A DNA stretch of 64,000 nt from Bigelowiella natans CCMP2755 (taxonomy: Eukaryota > Protista > Cercozoa). The stretch lies in the NCBI GenBank assembly GCA_000320545.1, contig ADNK01001162.1:1-64000 (forward strand). The letters are read 5' to 3'. Shown here piece after piece: positions 24,808 to 39,982 of the stretch; positions within the stretch are counted from its first letter, which is position 1, and each line of letters starts with the position of its first letter. The notes beneath the pieces were generated by a model. That model saw only the letters and a list, made by a program, of their open reading frames with translations. It searched no databases and was not told the origin of the DNA. A program made the position numbers and the translations under genes.

Positions 24808-26817
24808 ATGAATGCTATTGTGCCGTCTCGCATCCTTTTCGTCATTATGGGCGGAGTTGGCGTGATTTCAGAAGGAGTCTCCTCCTCTGACATTAGACGT
24901 GAGGCAGCTCTCTTTGAATACGTGGTTCCTCTCAACAGAAATGGGTAAAACATGCATTACCTTATCGCAAATTATACCAGATTCACCGCTGCTTATCATC
25001 CAGGACCAATTACAAAGCACCAGTAAGACCCCCCCGAGATGACATCCATGTCCAATTTGATGCATTCGGCTTCAAATTCGTCGTAGATGCCGTCAACTAC
25101 AATATGTGGTACAATATTATGAGAAATCCAGCATTGTATATGATTTTATCTGTTTCCGCATCAGGTCTTTCACAAAAGACTATAAGGTTAGAGCCACTTC
25201 TCTGAAAATTATGCGTAAACTTGAAACAATGTTTCGCAGCTCTAAAACACTAAATAAAATGAATATATCTCAAAGTTGTTGATAGACTCTTATATAATCT
25301 CATAACTACTGTGCAGGAGTCAGCCCTCACGCAGGAGGAAACTTTAGTGATAACAAAGACTCAACCCACTTCATGCCTCTACAATGGAGGTTGTAGTAGC
25401 TGTTATAATTGTTGTAGTAATAACTGGGAAGCATCATAGTATGTGTTTGCTTGAGCGATCAATACATCTCCCAAGCAAATGATGATGAACGATTATATCC
25501 ATAGTCGCAAGAGTGAAGGGAATAGAAGGAAAAACAGAGGAAGATGCTGATCATGAAGGAGTTGCCCACATCAGCACTTGTCATGGAGGTTTGCTTTTTT
25601 ACTGTATGCATTCTTTGTTCAATATACATTCACCACGTACCATTGGTACATAGTTTCTCCTCTATGTAAAGCAACAGTGAATTACTTATTCTCTTATTCG
25701 ATAGGGCTCCATGGGGTCCTACGATGGCACGCGTGGAAAACATTTGAATTGACGTTTCTGTCAACTGAAGGACGACATGTGTTGGTAATATTTTCAAGGA
25801 TTATTTGCTACAGCCTTTTTTCTCAAGCTTGTGAAATGAATATTGATTGATTTGTTTGTTCCTTTTCATTGTCTATTGATAACATAGGTTGATATGGAGT
25901 ATCACACAGCAAAGAAGTCAGTCATCCCTAATGCCACGGAGTGGTTTCCGTCAATTGTGCAGTAAATTTTAATACAGTTAAGTTGTGAGAACACTGCTTT
26001 TGTTTACCCACAGGCACATGTGTGGAGCATACGAGACGATGGATATTCCAATCAGGAAACAAGCGCATCTAACTCGTTATGTAAGATTTATCATAAAGAA
26101 GGGAAAAGAGCAAGAATTGCCATTCTAGAAATATTTCAAAAGAGCAAATAATACCTAATAATACGGTCAAAGTCCAGTACGAAAGCAGCGAGTATTTGAG
26201 GTAGTGTTATCCTACATTACCGTTCTTCTAGGTTGAGGGATTTCGTGGAGGTACGCGACAAACGGGGTAGTTTTCGTTATTCAGAGTCGATTATTTTCTC
26301 ACCATTTGTATCACCGTTGATATTGTCGATGTCGTCTTCATTATCTTCCTTACCTAGACTGCGAACACAGTCAATCCCTTCATCATCATCGTCGTCCTTT
26401 CCTTCCACCATTCCATCAAACTCTCCCACACAATTACATGTGCAAGGTACTATGATATTCAAAACCATCTGTTTGCCTAAAAAAACAAAAGAAGTATTAT
26501 GCCTAATAGTCCGATTTCTTCACAACTCAATTACTGGGATAGTACATAACAATCATAACCGTTATCAGCCCTCAGCTACAACCCCACCACCACCATCACC
26601 CTATCGTCGGTGGGAGATAAAACACCAACCCAAAATCCCTCTACTGCAAGCCCTTTCACACTATTTCCCACGATCCTACCGAGCACAAACCCCACGATAG
26701 CAGGTAGCAGTAGTTTATAACAATGAATAATATATCACCAGTATTTGTTCCAGTTTTTCATAAGTATTCGGTAGTATTTCCATCTTGGTTCCCACCCCTT
26801 CTGCTGCTCCTCTACTG

Positions 26818-26852
<35 letters not shown>

Positions 26853-26884
26853 GCTACTACTACTACCACTGCTACTACTACTAT

Positions 26885-26918
<34 letters not shown>

Positions 26919-28955
26919 GCTACTACTACTGCTACTACTACTGCTACTACTTCTACTACCACCACCGTTACCTCTATATGCAGATGTCATGCTGTTGCCA
27001 ATACCAATTAATCATCACTATAGGCGCAAATCCTAGTACTACACCATCAGACAGGCCTTCAACTAGCCCTCCCCTTGTGTCCTCCTCTTCTTCTGCAGCT
27101 CCAACAGAACTGCCTTCAAGTATTCCTGTCACACAATCCCCAACAACAGTCGGTCCTTCATGCACGCCAACATCCCTAGCACCTACGAAACCTGGAGATG
27201 ATCTATGTTCCAATTCGCCTACGAAGACTGTCAAGATTCTCATCATCAACGATCACAGCAGAATCAGTCTACATGGCTCAGACACTGAGAATTACTCTTC
27301 ACTTATTTTTCAGTATCTCAATGCGTATTACTATGGTACAAAAGGATCGTTAGTAGCAGAGACAGGATTTCCGGGTATTTCTACGACAGATTTGTTTAAG
27401 TGTCACATAAAGCTACAGCTTGTGGGACAACTCAGTTGGCGGATAGGAAACCCCTCACAGCTCAAATATGTCAGCCAGAATTGTGCAAATGAATGTGGTG
27501 GTAGTGAGTGTAGGGGGAATGAAGTATCAGGTAACTGTCTGCTTCAGTCCCTCACCAGTTACGTCGCGAATATGAAGCAAACACTGATGGCACATTTCGG
27601 TGACTTTGACAACTTGATGCTGATGACAGGACGGGATTTAGCTGGGGGATCAATAGGAACTGCTTGGATACGCCAAATGTGTTCCGCATACTCCCAGAGT
27701 GTCGTACAGGCAGACTTCTCTTCATCCCTACTTTACACTGCCACTATCGCTGCACATCAACTAGGCCATAACTTTGGCATGTTACACGACAAACGAGAAG
27801 CAGAGTCAGTAATGTCGTCACCTTTATCACTGATCTTTTTAAAACAACCTAGCCTATGGTCCAGAAACAATAGACAGGACATCAACAACTTCATGACTGC
27901 AGGAAGCGGTTATGGTAACTGCCTAGCGACGTATTCCAACGGCGATTTACTATGGGGGACTTATAAATGCACTGAAGACAGTCATTACATGTGCCTTGAG
28001 GAGGAAGAAGAGGCCGGCAATAGCAGCAATAACAATAACCATAATATAAGTTATCATCGATTATGTGGAAACGGAAGGATAGACCCTGGAGAGGAGTGTG
28101 ATCCAGGTCTTGATTTCGTCGCTACAAGTAATCGGTGTTGTAGCCAGTGCAAACTAAAGCCTGGATGCGATTGTGTAGACAATGGTGAATGCTGCAAAGA
28201 TGGACGGTATTTGCCCAGCAACACTGTCTGTCGTACTCGCAGAGATGAGTCTTGTGATATCGAGGAGACATGCACAGGAGTCTCTGAGCTTTGTCCGATT
28301 GACCTCTTCAAGAGAGCAGGAACTGCATGTGATGACGAAACTGTAAACAGCGTCAGGAAGGACGGTTACTGCTACAAAGGGGAATGCTTGAGCATTTCCG
28401 ATAATTGCTACAACCCTCAGGAGCCTTACTTCTCCTCGCTCAGCTTTGGAAGTGCAGGCACACGTGAGGGCGTCTGTCGCGATGTGAAATGTCATTCTTG
28501 CCCTAGCTGTCCATCTGAAAGCTATGGACCTGCAAGGACAGGAACACCTTGTGGAACCCAAATGCAATGTCTTAAAGCCTCAGATGGTAGCAGTGCAACG
28601 AAGAATGATGTTGTTGGAGAGGGAGTATGCGTTCCTAGCTCGAATCTTCGTTTTTTCCACTGGAATGCTACCACGAGCACCACCGTCATCTGTCCGTACA
28701 ATCCCATATGCATTGATGAGGAAGGAAGATCAGTCAATGAAACCAATTGCGCGAGCAGCACTCCAAAACCAGTACACGAATGTGTTGATAAGCTTCCGAC
28801 TGAGTCCCCGACTTCTATGAACCCGACAGTATCTCCCTCCAACTCAAGAACTTGCCTCCCATCTCTCGCACCGACGAGGCTACCATTTACAGCTGTTCCA
28901 AATTTGCTGTCATCGTCATCGTCATTATCCCCGTCGTCATCCTCCTCCCTGGTTC

Positions 28956-28989
<34 letters not shown>

Positions 28990-30307
28990 CCCCTCCACTT
29001 TATCCCCTGCGGGAGGGCATCATCATCAGATCCCTTCTCTAAAACCAACAATAGGATCTTCTTCTACCATTGCTCCACTAATCATTACAACCCCCATCCC
29101 CTCTAGTATAAGTCCTTCGGCCGTCTATCATACTTCCTCTCCTCTTCCTACGAGCACTTATAAGCCCACAAAAAGGCCCACGGAACAGCCAGTGGCGACA
29201 CTGATTCCGACTAGAGAGCCAACAAAATACCCCTCAAAATACCCAACGAAAACTCCCACTCATAAACCCAATACATTCTGCCCTACTACCAACAAGCCAA
29301 ACACACGCCAACCTACAATGTTGACACTTACACCCACAGTACTTCCAACTTCAAGCCCTGAGACACATTCTCCACTTGCTTATCAAGAGACAGCAAATCC
29401 AACTCAAACACCTTTCACCCATTCACCATCACAAACCCCAGTAACGAAGAAGCCCACATTCTCTCCTTCTCAAGATACAATGGCTCCTACACAGCCTTTG
29501 CCAACTAGAGCCCCCACCTCGCCATCTCCCAATGCAGAACCCACTCTTTCCCCGTCTTTGCAGCGCTGGGGTTGTGATGTCACCATTAGTGGCTCATACG
29601 AGAGCGATGTTAATCCCGAGTTTATCAGCCAAATGCAGGCTAGATTGAGTTCCGTGCTATCTATTGCTGACGATACATTTACTCTGACTTTCTTTGCTGG
29701 GTCTATTCTTATGCAAATCATTTTTTTCGAGGGGAATATGCAGGAAACCCCGGGCGACTTGGCAACAAAGCTTGCGCAAATGCCAACAAAAGAGCTATCA
29801 GCAGGGCTTGGAGTTGTTGTAGAGAACATCGGAGAAGCTAGAGAAGCTGAAACGCTCCTAAGAGCAGGGCCAGGCGGTAGTCAGCAGCCTCCTGTTGCTG
29901 CACACAATTCAGATACCCGAAATGATGACGATGACTTGATCAGTCTCACAAGCTTGGGGTTGGGCATTGCCATCGGTGTTAGTGGCTCTTTCATAGTAGG
30001 AATGAGCATCTGCTTCTACAATTATAAACGACAACATCGTGATGATGATGGGGATGATGATGATGATGATGATAATGAGGTTGAGAACACAAATGTTGGA
30101 TCCAGAGATAGACATGGGTCCAGACATGAGAAAGTATGTGGTGAGAGACAAGGAGGAGGAGGTGGAGGAGGAGGAAGAGGAAGTAAGAGAAGGAGGTGGA
30201 AACAACATAAAGGAGACGGAGGAGGAGAAGGAGTGCAGGTTTTAGATCAATGCCCACTAGCTGCCACGGAAGACATTCTTTCCCACACCATCACCAGAAA
30301 GTTCTAA
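24808..30307 (+). CDS. ADAM/reprolysin (M12B)-like type I membrane protein: prodomain, metalloprotease domain (HQLGH), disintegrin, Cys-rich region, Pro/Thr stalk, TM, tail
   Basis: Small upstream exons give a hydrophobic leader (MNAIVPSRILFVIMGGVGVIS) and prodomain hallmarks IHVQFDAFGFKFVVD, SCLYNG, AHISTCHGGLHGVL and TCG (Cys switch). The last exon from ~27024 has HQLGHNFGMLHD, Met-turn SVMS, CGNGRIDPGEECDPG..CDIEETCTGVSELCP and TM LGLGIAIGVSGSFIVGMSICFY. Confidence 0.88.
26812..26965 (+). repeat. (CTA)n/(CTG) microsatellite inside an ADAM intron
   Basis: About 150 bp of imperfect CTA triplets. Confidence 0.95.
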
Positions 30308-30386
30308 TGAGTGTAGTTCAACTGATCCAATTTTATACGATATATGCTGTATCCTAATAGTCAGCATTGTTGTCCTCGTTGCCATT

Positions 30387-30421
<35 letters not shown>

Positions 30422-30686
30422 GATAAGCATCTTCATTACAATTGTTAAAAGTGTGATTTGAATTGCTAGCAGAAGATAGCACTTGACACAGTTGCGGAGT
30501 ACGGCGGATCTCTCCCACCAAAGTGACAACAACACATCACACATAAACTAAGATAATAAGTGCTAAATACTACGTGTGGATTTACTTCGACTCTCATGTA
30601 TAATCAAATTAGCGTGTGATATTTATTATGCTGCCCTTGTCATAGCGAATAAATAACCCAGGAAGAGAATATCGTTACGTATATTT

Positions 30687-31990
30687 CTATACCTTCTCAT
30701 TAGTTGGGCGCGGGAGTTTACTGGAGATGGTACGCCTTATTTTATCAACTTGAAGACACAACATTCTCAATGGAACAGACCAAGGGTGAGGCATTGATGA
30801 AGTGACGATGATTATGATGATGACGACGATGGTGATGGCAATTCCCATTCCACGTATCTCCTCCATAGATAGTAGCAGCATTGTTGATGTCGTCAGAGAC
30901 CTTATTAGTACTTGTAATGCTAAGTTCTCATCATGTCTATCTACGTCATCAGCATAGCTCTGCAGTAGAAGTGACTTCTCCTCACCTGCATCAAAATCAC
31001 CATCCTCTCCGCACTCGCCCTTGTAGCTCTGTAACAGTAGCAGCTAGAAAGTACTTGCTACCGACACATTCTTCTTCGAACCCCAGGACTGTCTGCATAG
31101 TACAGCCTGGTGCTCATGTTGATGATGATAAGAAAGAGATGGCTCGAGGCAAGGAAAAGGTAGTTTATTTCTTCCAACGAACGGAAACAAATCGTAAGCT
31201 TGTGCTTCTCTAATTTCATTGCTGTCTCTAATTTGGTGCCCGAATACTGTTCCAGCCGTACGCTAATGTCCCTAGCCATTCACCAGTGTGCGATGGAGGA
31301 GAAGAAGGGCCGCAGTGGCGTCTACCGTGAGAACATTGCTATCATTTGCATACATGTAACAACCCGCAACGTTCGAACGTCGCTTTACCAGCTTGGTCCC
31401 TGTTTGAGCATTGCAGTCTATTCTTCTTTGTATTCCTGCTAATTCGTCTTTTGCGTCGCTTAGGTTCGAAGTGAAAGCTGCTGGAAAAGGTTTCGACAAC
31501 GAAACCATGATTGGTGATGGCAACAACACAGAAGGATTCGTAAACGCTGGAGGACGCTCAATATAATTATCATAAAACACATTAATCTCAGACGTTTCGT
31601 ATCTAGGTATTACTATACAAGGACGCTATGTAGGCTGCATGGCTAGCTAGTCAAAATCTGAATAACCTGCTCTAGCGCTTTGCACTTTGGTCTTGACACT
31701 GTTCTACATTGTTCTCACATTAACGTCTGCATGGCTAATATATTCCTGCTAAATTTTGCCATGTGTTGATTGCTGGTGCACATTATTATTCCTATTCTCT
31801 ACTGTGTCAGCAATGCCTGCACCTTTGCTTTGCCGCGCTCATTCCTTCTCGTAGTTTGTACTACACGTGCAGCGCAGCTAAGATAGATAATTGTGCGCAC
31901 TCGTTTATTTGTGCAGCGCTTGCCAATTTAGCAGATACATCATCACACATGTGATCAACACAAGGGGATAATAGCTTCGAACTACGGAGT
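30687..31990 (-). pseudogene. Possible degenerate gene (fragmented coiled-coil-like ORFs)
   Basis: Fragments NLSDAKDELAGIQRRID and MARDISVRLEQYSGTKLETAMKLEKHK, separated by stops and frameshifts. No clean exon chain found. Confidence 0.25.
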
Positions 31991-32035
31991 GGTGGAAAGA
32001 CCCACTGTTTCAATAACATAAGTGTGACTGTACAT

Positions 32036-32543
32036 CTAATCATCATCATGAAGGTAGCTAGGGTCCGTTCCGACGGATGATTGCTTTCTGCTGAGAGGAG
32101 GTGGAGAATTAGGAAGTTCTTCCTCCTCTTCTCCTTCTTCTTCTTCTTCTTCCATGTCTCCTGACTTGAGCTCAGGATTTATGACATGAATTTGCATGTC
32201 GATCGGCGGTGGTGCCATTTTTGCAGTCAATTTAACCTGATATCCAGAGAAATAAACAATTCCACAAATGGGGTGAATGAAGTAGGAAGATTCTTAAAAA
32301 GTATGTAATCAGATCTGGGCTATTTTTCTTAGCTGTTTGTAAATACCATAATCTTTCCGAAAATTCCAATTTTCTGTGGTTGTTTTCCCTCTTCCCAAAC
32401 TATTCTCAAGAATCTCTTGCACTTTTGAGTTTCTTTTTCATTCTTCGCATCCACAACCTCATCCTGTAGATATGTTGAAAGTAGTAGTTGTAGTAGCAGC
32501 AGCAAATTTATGACTTTATTTTCTCTTTCTACAGATATACATG

Positions 32544-32575
<32 letters not shown>

Positions 32576-32675
32576 TTATATTCTATAAATGATCTTGTTG
32601 TGCTGCCACGACAGAGCAGTGCTTTACGAAAGATACTCGCAGCACATGGCTATAATCTGACCTTGCCTATTACAT

Positions 32676-32717
<42 letters not shown>

Positions 32718-33383
32718 ACGTAATGCCCACAACCAAACAAGAGTAGGAAATAACAAGAAATGATGGGAAAGAGAGAGGATAGATGGTTCGAAGCAGGAGT
32801 TTCTCATTGTAGTTCCCAATCAGCACCACTAGAACCACAACAACCACAACTACTCCTACTACCTCGTCATTGCACACATCTGCAGATACGGAGAGTATAT
32901 TTTGTACGAAGACTTGTGCATCAATACCCTAATCATCATTGCCATTATCATCAACAACATCATCATTATCGAGTAATATCCAAGACAAGATACAACAGCA
33001 GCAGCAGCACATTGTTGTTTTTGTTGTCATGGATGGCAATAACTCCTTCTTCGTCTTCTTCTCTATGCTACCGTCTATTCGTCGATCGAAGAGACAAACA
33101 ATTACCATGTCCTCGATCATTATTTTGAAGGATTTATATCCCAAATCAATGACAATTGCTTCTTTTATGAGGGGCTTCGTTTTAAGACAAAGAGCAAGGT
33201 ACACTCTTGAAGACAACTCCTGAGCCTATCATTTATTACCACCATATTAGCAAAATATCTTGAACATATGACGATAGTGCTGATACAGGTGAGGAGGACG
33301 AAATTGATGGTGATGAAGGAACTTTAAGGTAGTGATGATGATCGATCATCATCACCGCTCTATAGTCGTCATCATAATCAATA

Positions 33384-33429
<46 letters not shown>

Positions 33430-33474
33430 TGTTGCTCCTTGCTTAGGTTTGCAGCAGTGAATGGTGACCATAAC

Positions 33475-33516
<42 letters not shown>

Positions 33517-34119
33517 CTTCTTTGAGTTTAGTTTCCTGAGGTTGCAGTTAGCTGCGATGTCGTCAATAACGTCCTGCAGTAGGCAGCAAATATGATGAAA
33601 AGATAGAGATCGGTAACATTGATGACTATCAAACTAACAACGAAGAAAAAGAAGAAGAAGAAGAAGAAAAGCTCTTGTGCTCACCTGTCGATTATTATTC
33701 GTATTAAGTAGTAGTATCATTATCATATGCACCTGGGTGGGGTGGTGCTTGTGCATGGTGGTTGGTAGCTATAATTCGTCTCTACATTTATTGCTCGATT
33801 TGCCTACCACTACTTTCGAAACTATCTATCTGTTGTGATATCACACACCACACCTTTGTATACAACGTCTCAGGAGCCGGCGTAAATGCGATTCCAGAGT
33901 GCTTTGCATCGACGGTTGCAAACCCATCATTTTCCTCCTCATTTATTGCGTGAGCCAACGTCCTTCATATGGCGGCGACGACGATGACGATAATAAGGAT
34001 GATGATGATGATGATGATGTGTGTTATTGAAACATTACATATTGATATGCATGTGGTGCCACCACCAAACTGCTTCGTCGTGTTGTTCGTACGTGATGAT
34101 AACAGCACACCTACTGCTA

Positions 34120-34165
<46 letters not shown>

Positions 34166-34175
34166 TGACGATGAC

Positions 34176-34207
<32 letters not shown>

Positions 34208-34281
34208 CGTTGTGGGTGGCTGTGAGTTGTATGTGTTGTGTGATTGTTGTGACTAACTCTCTGTCCTCTACAACAACAACA

Positions 34282-34312
<31 letters not shown>

Positions 34313-35024
34313 ACTACTACCTGTGCACAACAACATCCACATAACGTCGAATTGGAGACGTGAAATGCGTGTACTTGTCGAAGTTCAGAGCGTAGTGACG
34401 GAATGATGATGGTGATGGTGATGATGATGATGATGATGATAGGCCTCCTCCTCCTTCTTCTTCTCCTTCTCCTTTATCACCACCCTAATGATCAAAAGTC
34501 GTGTGCAATAGTGTATCAATACTACTACTACTACAAGAACGACTACAAGAACGATAAATTCAAATACCACCACCTTCTTCTTCTTCTTCCTCGATGATGA
34601 TGACGATGATGATGACGACGAGTTGGCTGTAGTAGCTGGAGATCCGGAGCAAGTGTACATTGCAAGCTTCATTGGTTTCGTGAGCAGCAGCTCTGCAATG
34701 GCTCGCAACGATGTACCATTCTCCTGCGTGGGTTGTGGAAAAGGAAGGAGGAGGGAGGGGGGGGATGAATAACCAAGAATAAACTGAGCACCTGTTCAAT
34801 AGAACTACTCTATTTCTATGTCGATGTAATGTTACTACATATGCAGCATATGCGCCACTACAAACTTTCTACTGGCTCATGCTGTCATCACTATTCGTGG
34901 ACCACCGTTTTCTTGTCTTCTAAACGTTTGAGAGATTGATGGAGCTCCAATGCAGAAGAAACGTGGATTGTATGTCCCATATCCTGCGTAATTAAAGAAT
35001 GACGAATGATGACGACGACGATGG

Positions 35025-35058
<34 letters not shown>

Positions 35059-36468
35059 GATGAAGATGATGTTAATAGAACTACGGCGCGAGTGTGTTGT
35101 CCATACACTATTGTCATTATTATCATCATTGGCATTACTATTTTACTAATATTGATAACGACGTGTTATTTCACACGTGATGACAGATAGATAGATAGAT
35201 AGATAGATTAATAGATTGACTCAGCACCCAAAATCAGTGCTATTACGCTCATAAAAATATGCATGCTCCAAACCACTTAGCAGAATCAGAATCATCATCA
35301 TCAAAAACCTTGAGAAATCCCTGCATTTCCAGCAGCTGTTTTGTGTCAGGAGGGGGCTGCATCCGCTGCGTGTGTTGGTTAGTAGGGTGAGGAGAAGAAA
35401 AATCCGTTTTTGTATCAACTTTCGAAAGGCAATCAAAGGCGATGGTGCTTCTGCAGAAGCAGCAACAATGAACTACTAAGACTCACTACTACTACTACTA
35501 CTAGTACCATCAGGGCCTTGTCGGGGAAAACACGTTCTATCTTCTCAGCGACCAGTAAATTTGCAAGTAACATGAACTGATGAATGACAATGATGATAAT
35601 CAACGATGATAATGATATTAACCAACATCATGAACAACAGCAACAACGATGACGACGATGGTAACAATAACAAAGCAAGAAGCAGAGTGAATGACGCACA
35701 CAGGGACAACGAATTCCACCATAGCCACAGGTGTGTAATGGATAGATAACTGCAATATGTTCAAAAGACGATGATGACGATGTGCTGCTATTCTTATACT
35801 ATCTTAAAACGATGATGATACTAACGATGGGTGATGACTTAGATGTACGATGATAATAAAGATATTGACGTTGTCCGTACCTCCTCAATCATTCGATTCG
35901 AGTCTTGGCGTAGATAGTTGAACATTTCAACAGGAAGCTGATTTTCATCGAGCATAAAGGCAACCTAATAACCATTATAGTGATAACAACAGCAGACGAT
36001 GATGACGATGATGATGAAGAAGATTATGGTAGTAGGTGTTGAGATGGTACACTTTCTCTAACACGTATATTACGATTATTTACTACTACTACTACCACCA
36101 CTACTACTACTACTACCACTACTAGCATTACCTTATTTCTGTCGAGTGCCAGCGATCCCGTTCTAAACCTATCAGATCTCCTCGCCACAGCTATTTTGTT
36201 CATCATCTTAATGTCCTGCGCCTGGTGATGATAATGATGATGATGATGATGACCATGGGACATTGTTATTAGTTCAATTAACCAACATGGCAGCTGCATG
36301 TGTTGTTATCATTGACGATAATACGTGGCGCTGTAAGAGTAGTAGTAGTGTTGAACTGACTCCAAGATATGATTTGATCAATAATATACTACAACATACC
36401 ACGTCTTTAAGTGAAACTCCTTCAATCGGAACCATTCTCTCTGCCATTTCAAGCTCATCGTAGTACTC

Positions 36469-36521
<53 letters not shown>

Positions 36522-37735
36522 ATGTGTGTGTGTGTGTGTATACATTGTAGCGCCATAATAAAATTAATCAATCAATCAGCAGCAGCAGCAGGTGTTGAAT
36601 ATCCCAACTACTGTCAAACAATCACAGCCCAAGGAATCATCATTAACCCTTGTTCTCTCTTTACGTCCCCCCCCTCTCCTCCTCTTCCTCATATTCTACA
36701 TAGCTAGGTATGATAACATTGTACCGGATCATCACGTATATCATCAGTTTTCGCATCTATGAGTCTGATAATAAAAAATGACCGTGATGACAAGGATGAT
36801 GATGATGAGGAGGAAATGGACCAAAAAGACAACGACGGTAGTTTAATAATACTCCTCGAGCAGCGGGGGCAGCAGCCAATACAACAACATAAAACCAACA
36901 AATTGACTTGACATACGGCGACGGCGATTGATTAATTTGCAATAGAAATGGTGGTGGTGATGATGATGATGATGATGATGGTTGTGGTGATGATGATATC
37001 AACGATAATACGGCTATGGGAATTAGCCTGCAGTCGCATATGGATGATGGACAACAATGTTTGGTGATTTGTGAGAGGAGAGCAGCTGATGCTGTAAGCT
37101 GTAATTGTTGTGTTTCACTACTGTTCCTACACCCTTTGTTGTTACTACTAGTGGTAATATGACTTCCAGCACAATATTACCACTAATAGTACGACAGTAC
37201 GACATAATACTATCAGTCAACAACAACAACTACTACTACTACTACTACTACTACTTCGTACTAGTAGTATCAGTAATACTTTTGAGCTGTCTTGTAATCT
37301 AGCTGGCAGCACGTCCTTATGACCGTCTTTCCATACCATGGTTTTGGTTCGGATAAGAGTTTCCCACTTTGTGACATGGTGAAGAAACAGGAGAACGCCA
37401 GTCTATCCACCTATTATGTGACGTGTAATGTGGTGTTATGTGATGTTATGTGATGTTATGTGATGGCTAGATTCGTCACTATCATGACCATGATCATCAT
37501 CATCATGGTGGTAATGAGCAAAGTTTATTGTTGTTGCTGTTGTTGTTGTGATTATCATCGTCGCTATCGTCATCATGATCATCACTATATCATCACCATC
37601 ATTAACAGCATCATCGTCATCATCTATCATCATCACCTTTGGAGCAAGAGAACATAGGTTCTCCGAGAGCACTCTTGGCAACATTGGCAAGGACTTCTGA
37701 ACCTGATGATTTATAATACAATGATGTTAACGATA

Positions 37736-37771
<36 letters not shown>

Positions 37772-37868
37772 AGTGCTAAGGACTTCATTCCTTACATTCT
37801 CTCGATCATCACCTATCAACAACATCAGTCGCCCTGCTACTACTACCACATCTACATCTACATCTCCT

Positions 37869-37905
<37 letters not shown>

Positions 37906-39494
37906 CAGATATATGGTCGTTGCTCTTTTCTTCGCCTCCTTGTCCAACTCAGAGCTGCCCAAGGAATATAGGTGGTGACGACGATAAAGGAGAACAATAT
38001 AAATAATTCTATCATTATACCATTGGTTATTTCTCCTATGTCAGTTGCATGCGTTCTCTCTCTTCTTGATACTCTTCTTCCTCATTTCTTCTATTCGAGT
38101 GTATATGTTGTTGTACCCTGGCTCAAGAAAGTGGGTGACATCTGCAATGTGAACCCCTACCCTGTAGTTGTTGGTGCCTAGTAGGTGTGGAGATGGGGAT
38201 GGGGATGGGGATGGGGAGGAGGAAGGTTTATAGTGAGGATGGCTGATAATAATCGATCGATATCACAACATCATCAATCAGCACAACAAGTACAGTCTTT
38301 GATCACGTTGTAAAAAAAACAAATATGGAGAAGTATTTATTGATAGAATACGCCTAAGGAACGCATAGTCGATTGGTAGTAGGTAGTAGTAAAACATAAA
38401 CGAATAACACTGTGTTACTACTTGGAAAAAGAAACATGAATACACCAGCACACACACACACAAACACACACACACAAGCATGCACCTGGTATTTTATCTA
38501 TGGATAAAGCATCGTCTAAGTCACGGGCGGTGGTTGGATCAATCGTGCATATTCGCTGTGGCCAAAGTAGTAGTAGTAGTAGTAGTAGTAGTGGAAATTA
38601 AATATGATTAAGAGGAAGATCATGACGATGATGATGAGAACAGTAATGATAAAAAGAGGAGGAGGAGGAGAAGGGAGGAACAACGAATTGTGCATAGTAT
38701 TTGGATATACACGAACGATCCAGTCAGTCGTGTGTTATCCGCTTGCTCCTGCTGCTGCTGCTGCTGCTGCTGCGAAAAAAAGCACCACACACCTTGTTCC
38801 TGAGGTCTAGACGTTTTTTGATTTCTTCATCAGGAATGGTCCATGGAGACTCAGATGTTTCAGATGAAGGATCTTCCATGTATTTCTCCAGACAACTGAC
38901 AGCACACATACATAGGTAGACATAGGTAGATAAATATATAGTGATGAGGAGGATGGATAACAAGTTCTCACTTGAGATGTTCTGGAAGAAACTTCCCGTC
39001 GAAGTCATAGTCGACTCCAGCTTCTGAAAGCAGGGCTTGAGTTTCAGCCTTGAGAAAAAGGAAAAGAAGTAGTAGTTGTAGTAGGAGTAGTAGTAATAGT
39101 AGGAGTAGAAGTAGTAGCGGCAGTAAGAGGAGGAGGATGGTAAAGAGCTACACATATGCTAAATGCAAAAATATCATCTTCATTATCTTTTGTGGTATAC
39201 AAAAAAACATGATACTTGTTGTGAAAAGGAGAGGGGTGAATTTCTTCTGTGAGTTTTTCTTGTTGTTGTTGTAGATTCCTTTGCTCTCCCTCTCCCACTG
39301 CTTCCCCTCCTCCTCTTAGTATAATTACTACTACTACTACTACTACTACTGCTACTACTACTACTACCTTGATGTTGCCTGTCATCCCTATTGACTCAAC
39401 TATGTTCACAAATGGCAAATTCTGGTGGATAGACCACTTCTGGTATCTGCCAATGTATAGTAGCAGTAGCAGTAGTGGTGGTGGTGGTGTGCAT

Positions 39495-39533
<39 letters not shown>

Positions 39534-39947
39534 CACCATCATCCAAATAGTAGTAGAACGTACTCAATAATAACACTCATGTTGCTGCATGCTGGTAGGG
39601 ATTTCTATCAGCGAAGAGGAATAATATGAAAATCATGTTGCTTTCAAGTATTCATGAGGTGATGAGACCTAGCATCTGATGTTTAGATGGTGATGAAAAA
39701 TGGTGGTAGGAAGTAATGACGAATATGAAGTAACAAACTTGCTCCATCACTCACTCACTTTGCAACGTAAATCATCGTCGGGGCATCCTCAGGGATCCCT
39801 AATACCACAACGAATGATGATATGATAATATTCTCGTTTGTCATTTTATATTTATTGATGATGATGATGATGATGGTGATAGTGATTTATCACAGCAGTG
39901 AGGCTGTTGGGAGGGATCATTTTGTTGGTTGCTTGGTACAAGAGCAA

Positions 39948-39982
<35 letters not shown>

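Noticed and set aside
26723-27020. Poly-Tyr N-terminus of the 1194-aa ORF
   Set aside because: It is an intronic (CTA)n microsatellite read in frame. The real exon starts after the AG at ~27023 and the gene begins near 24808.
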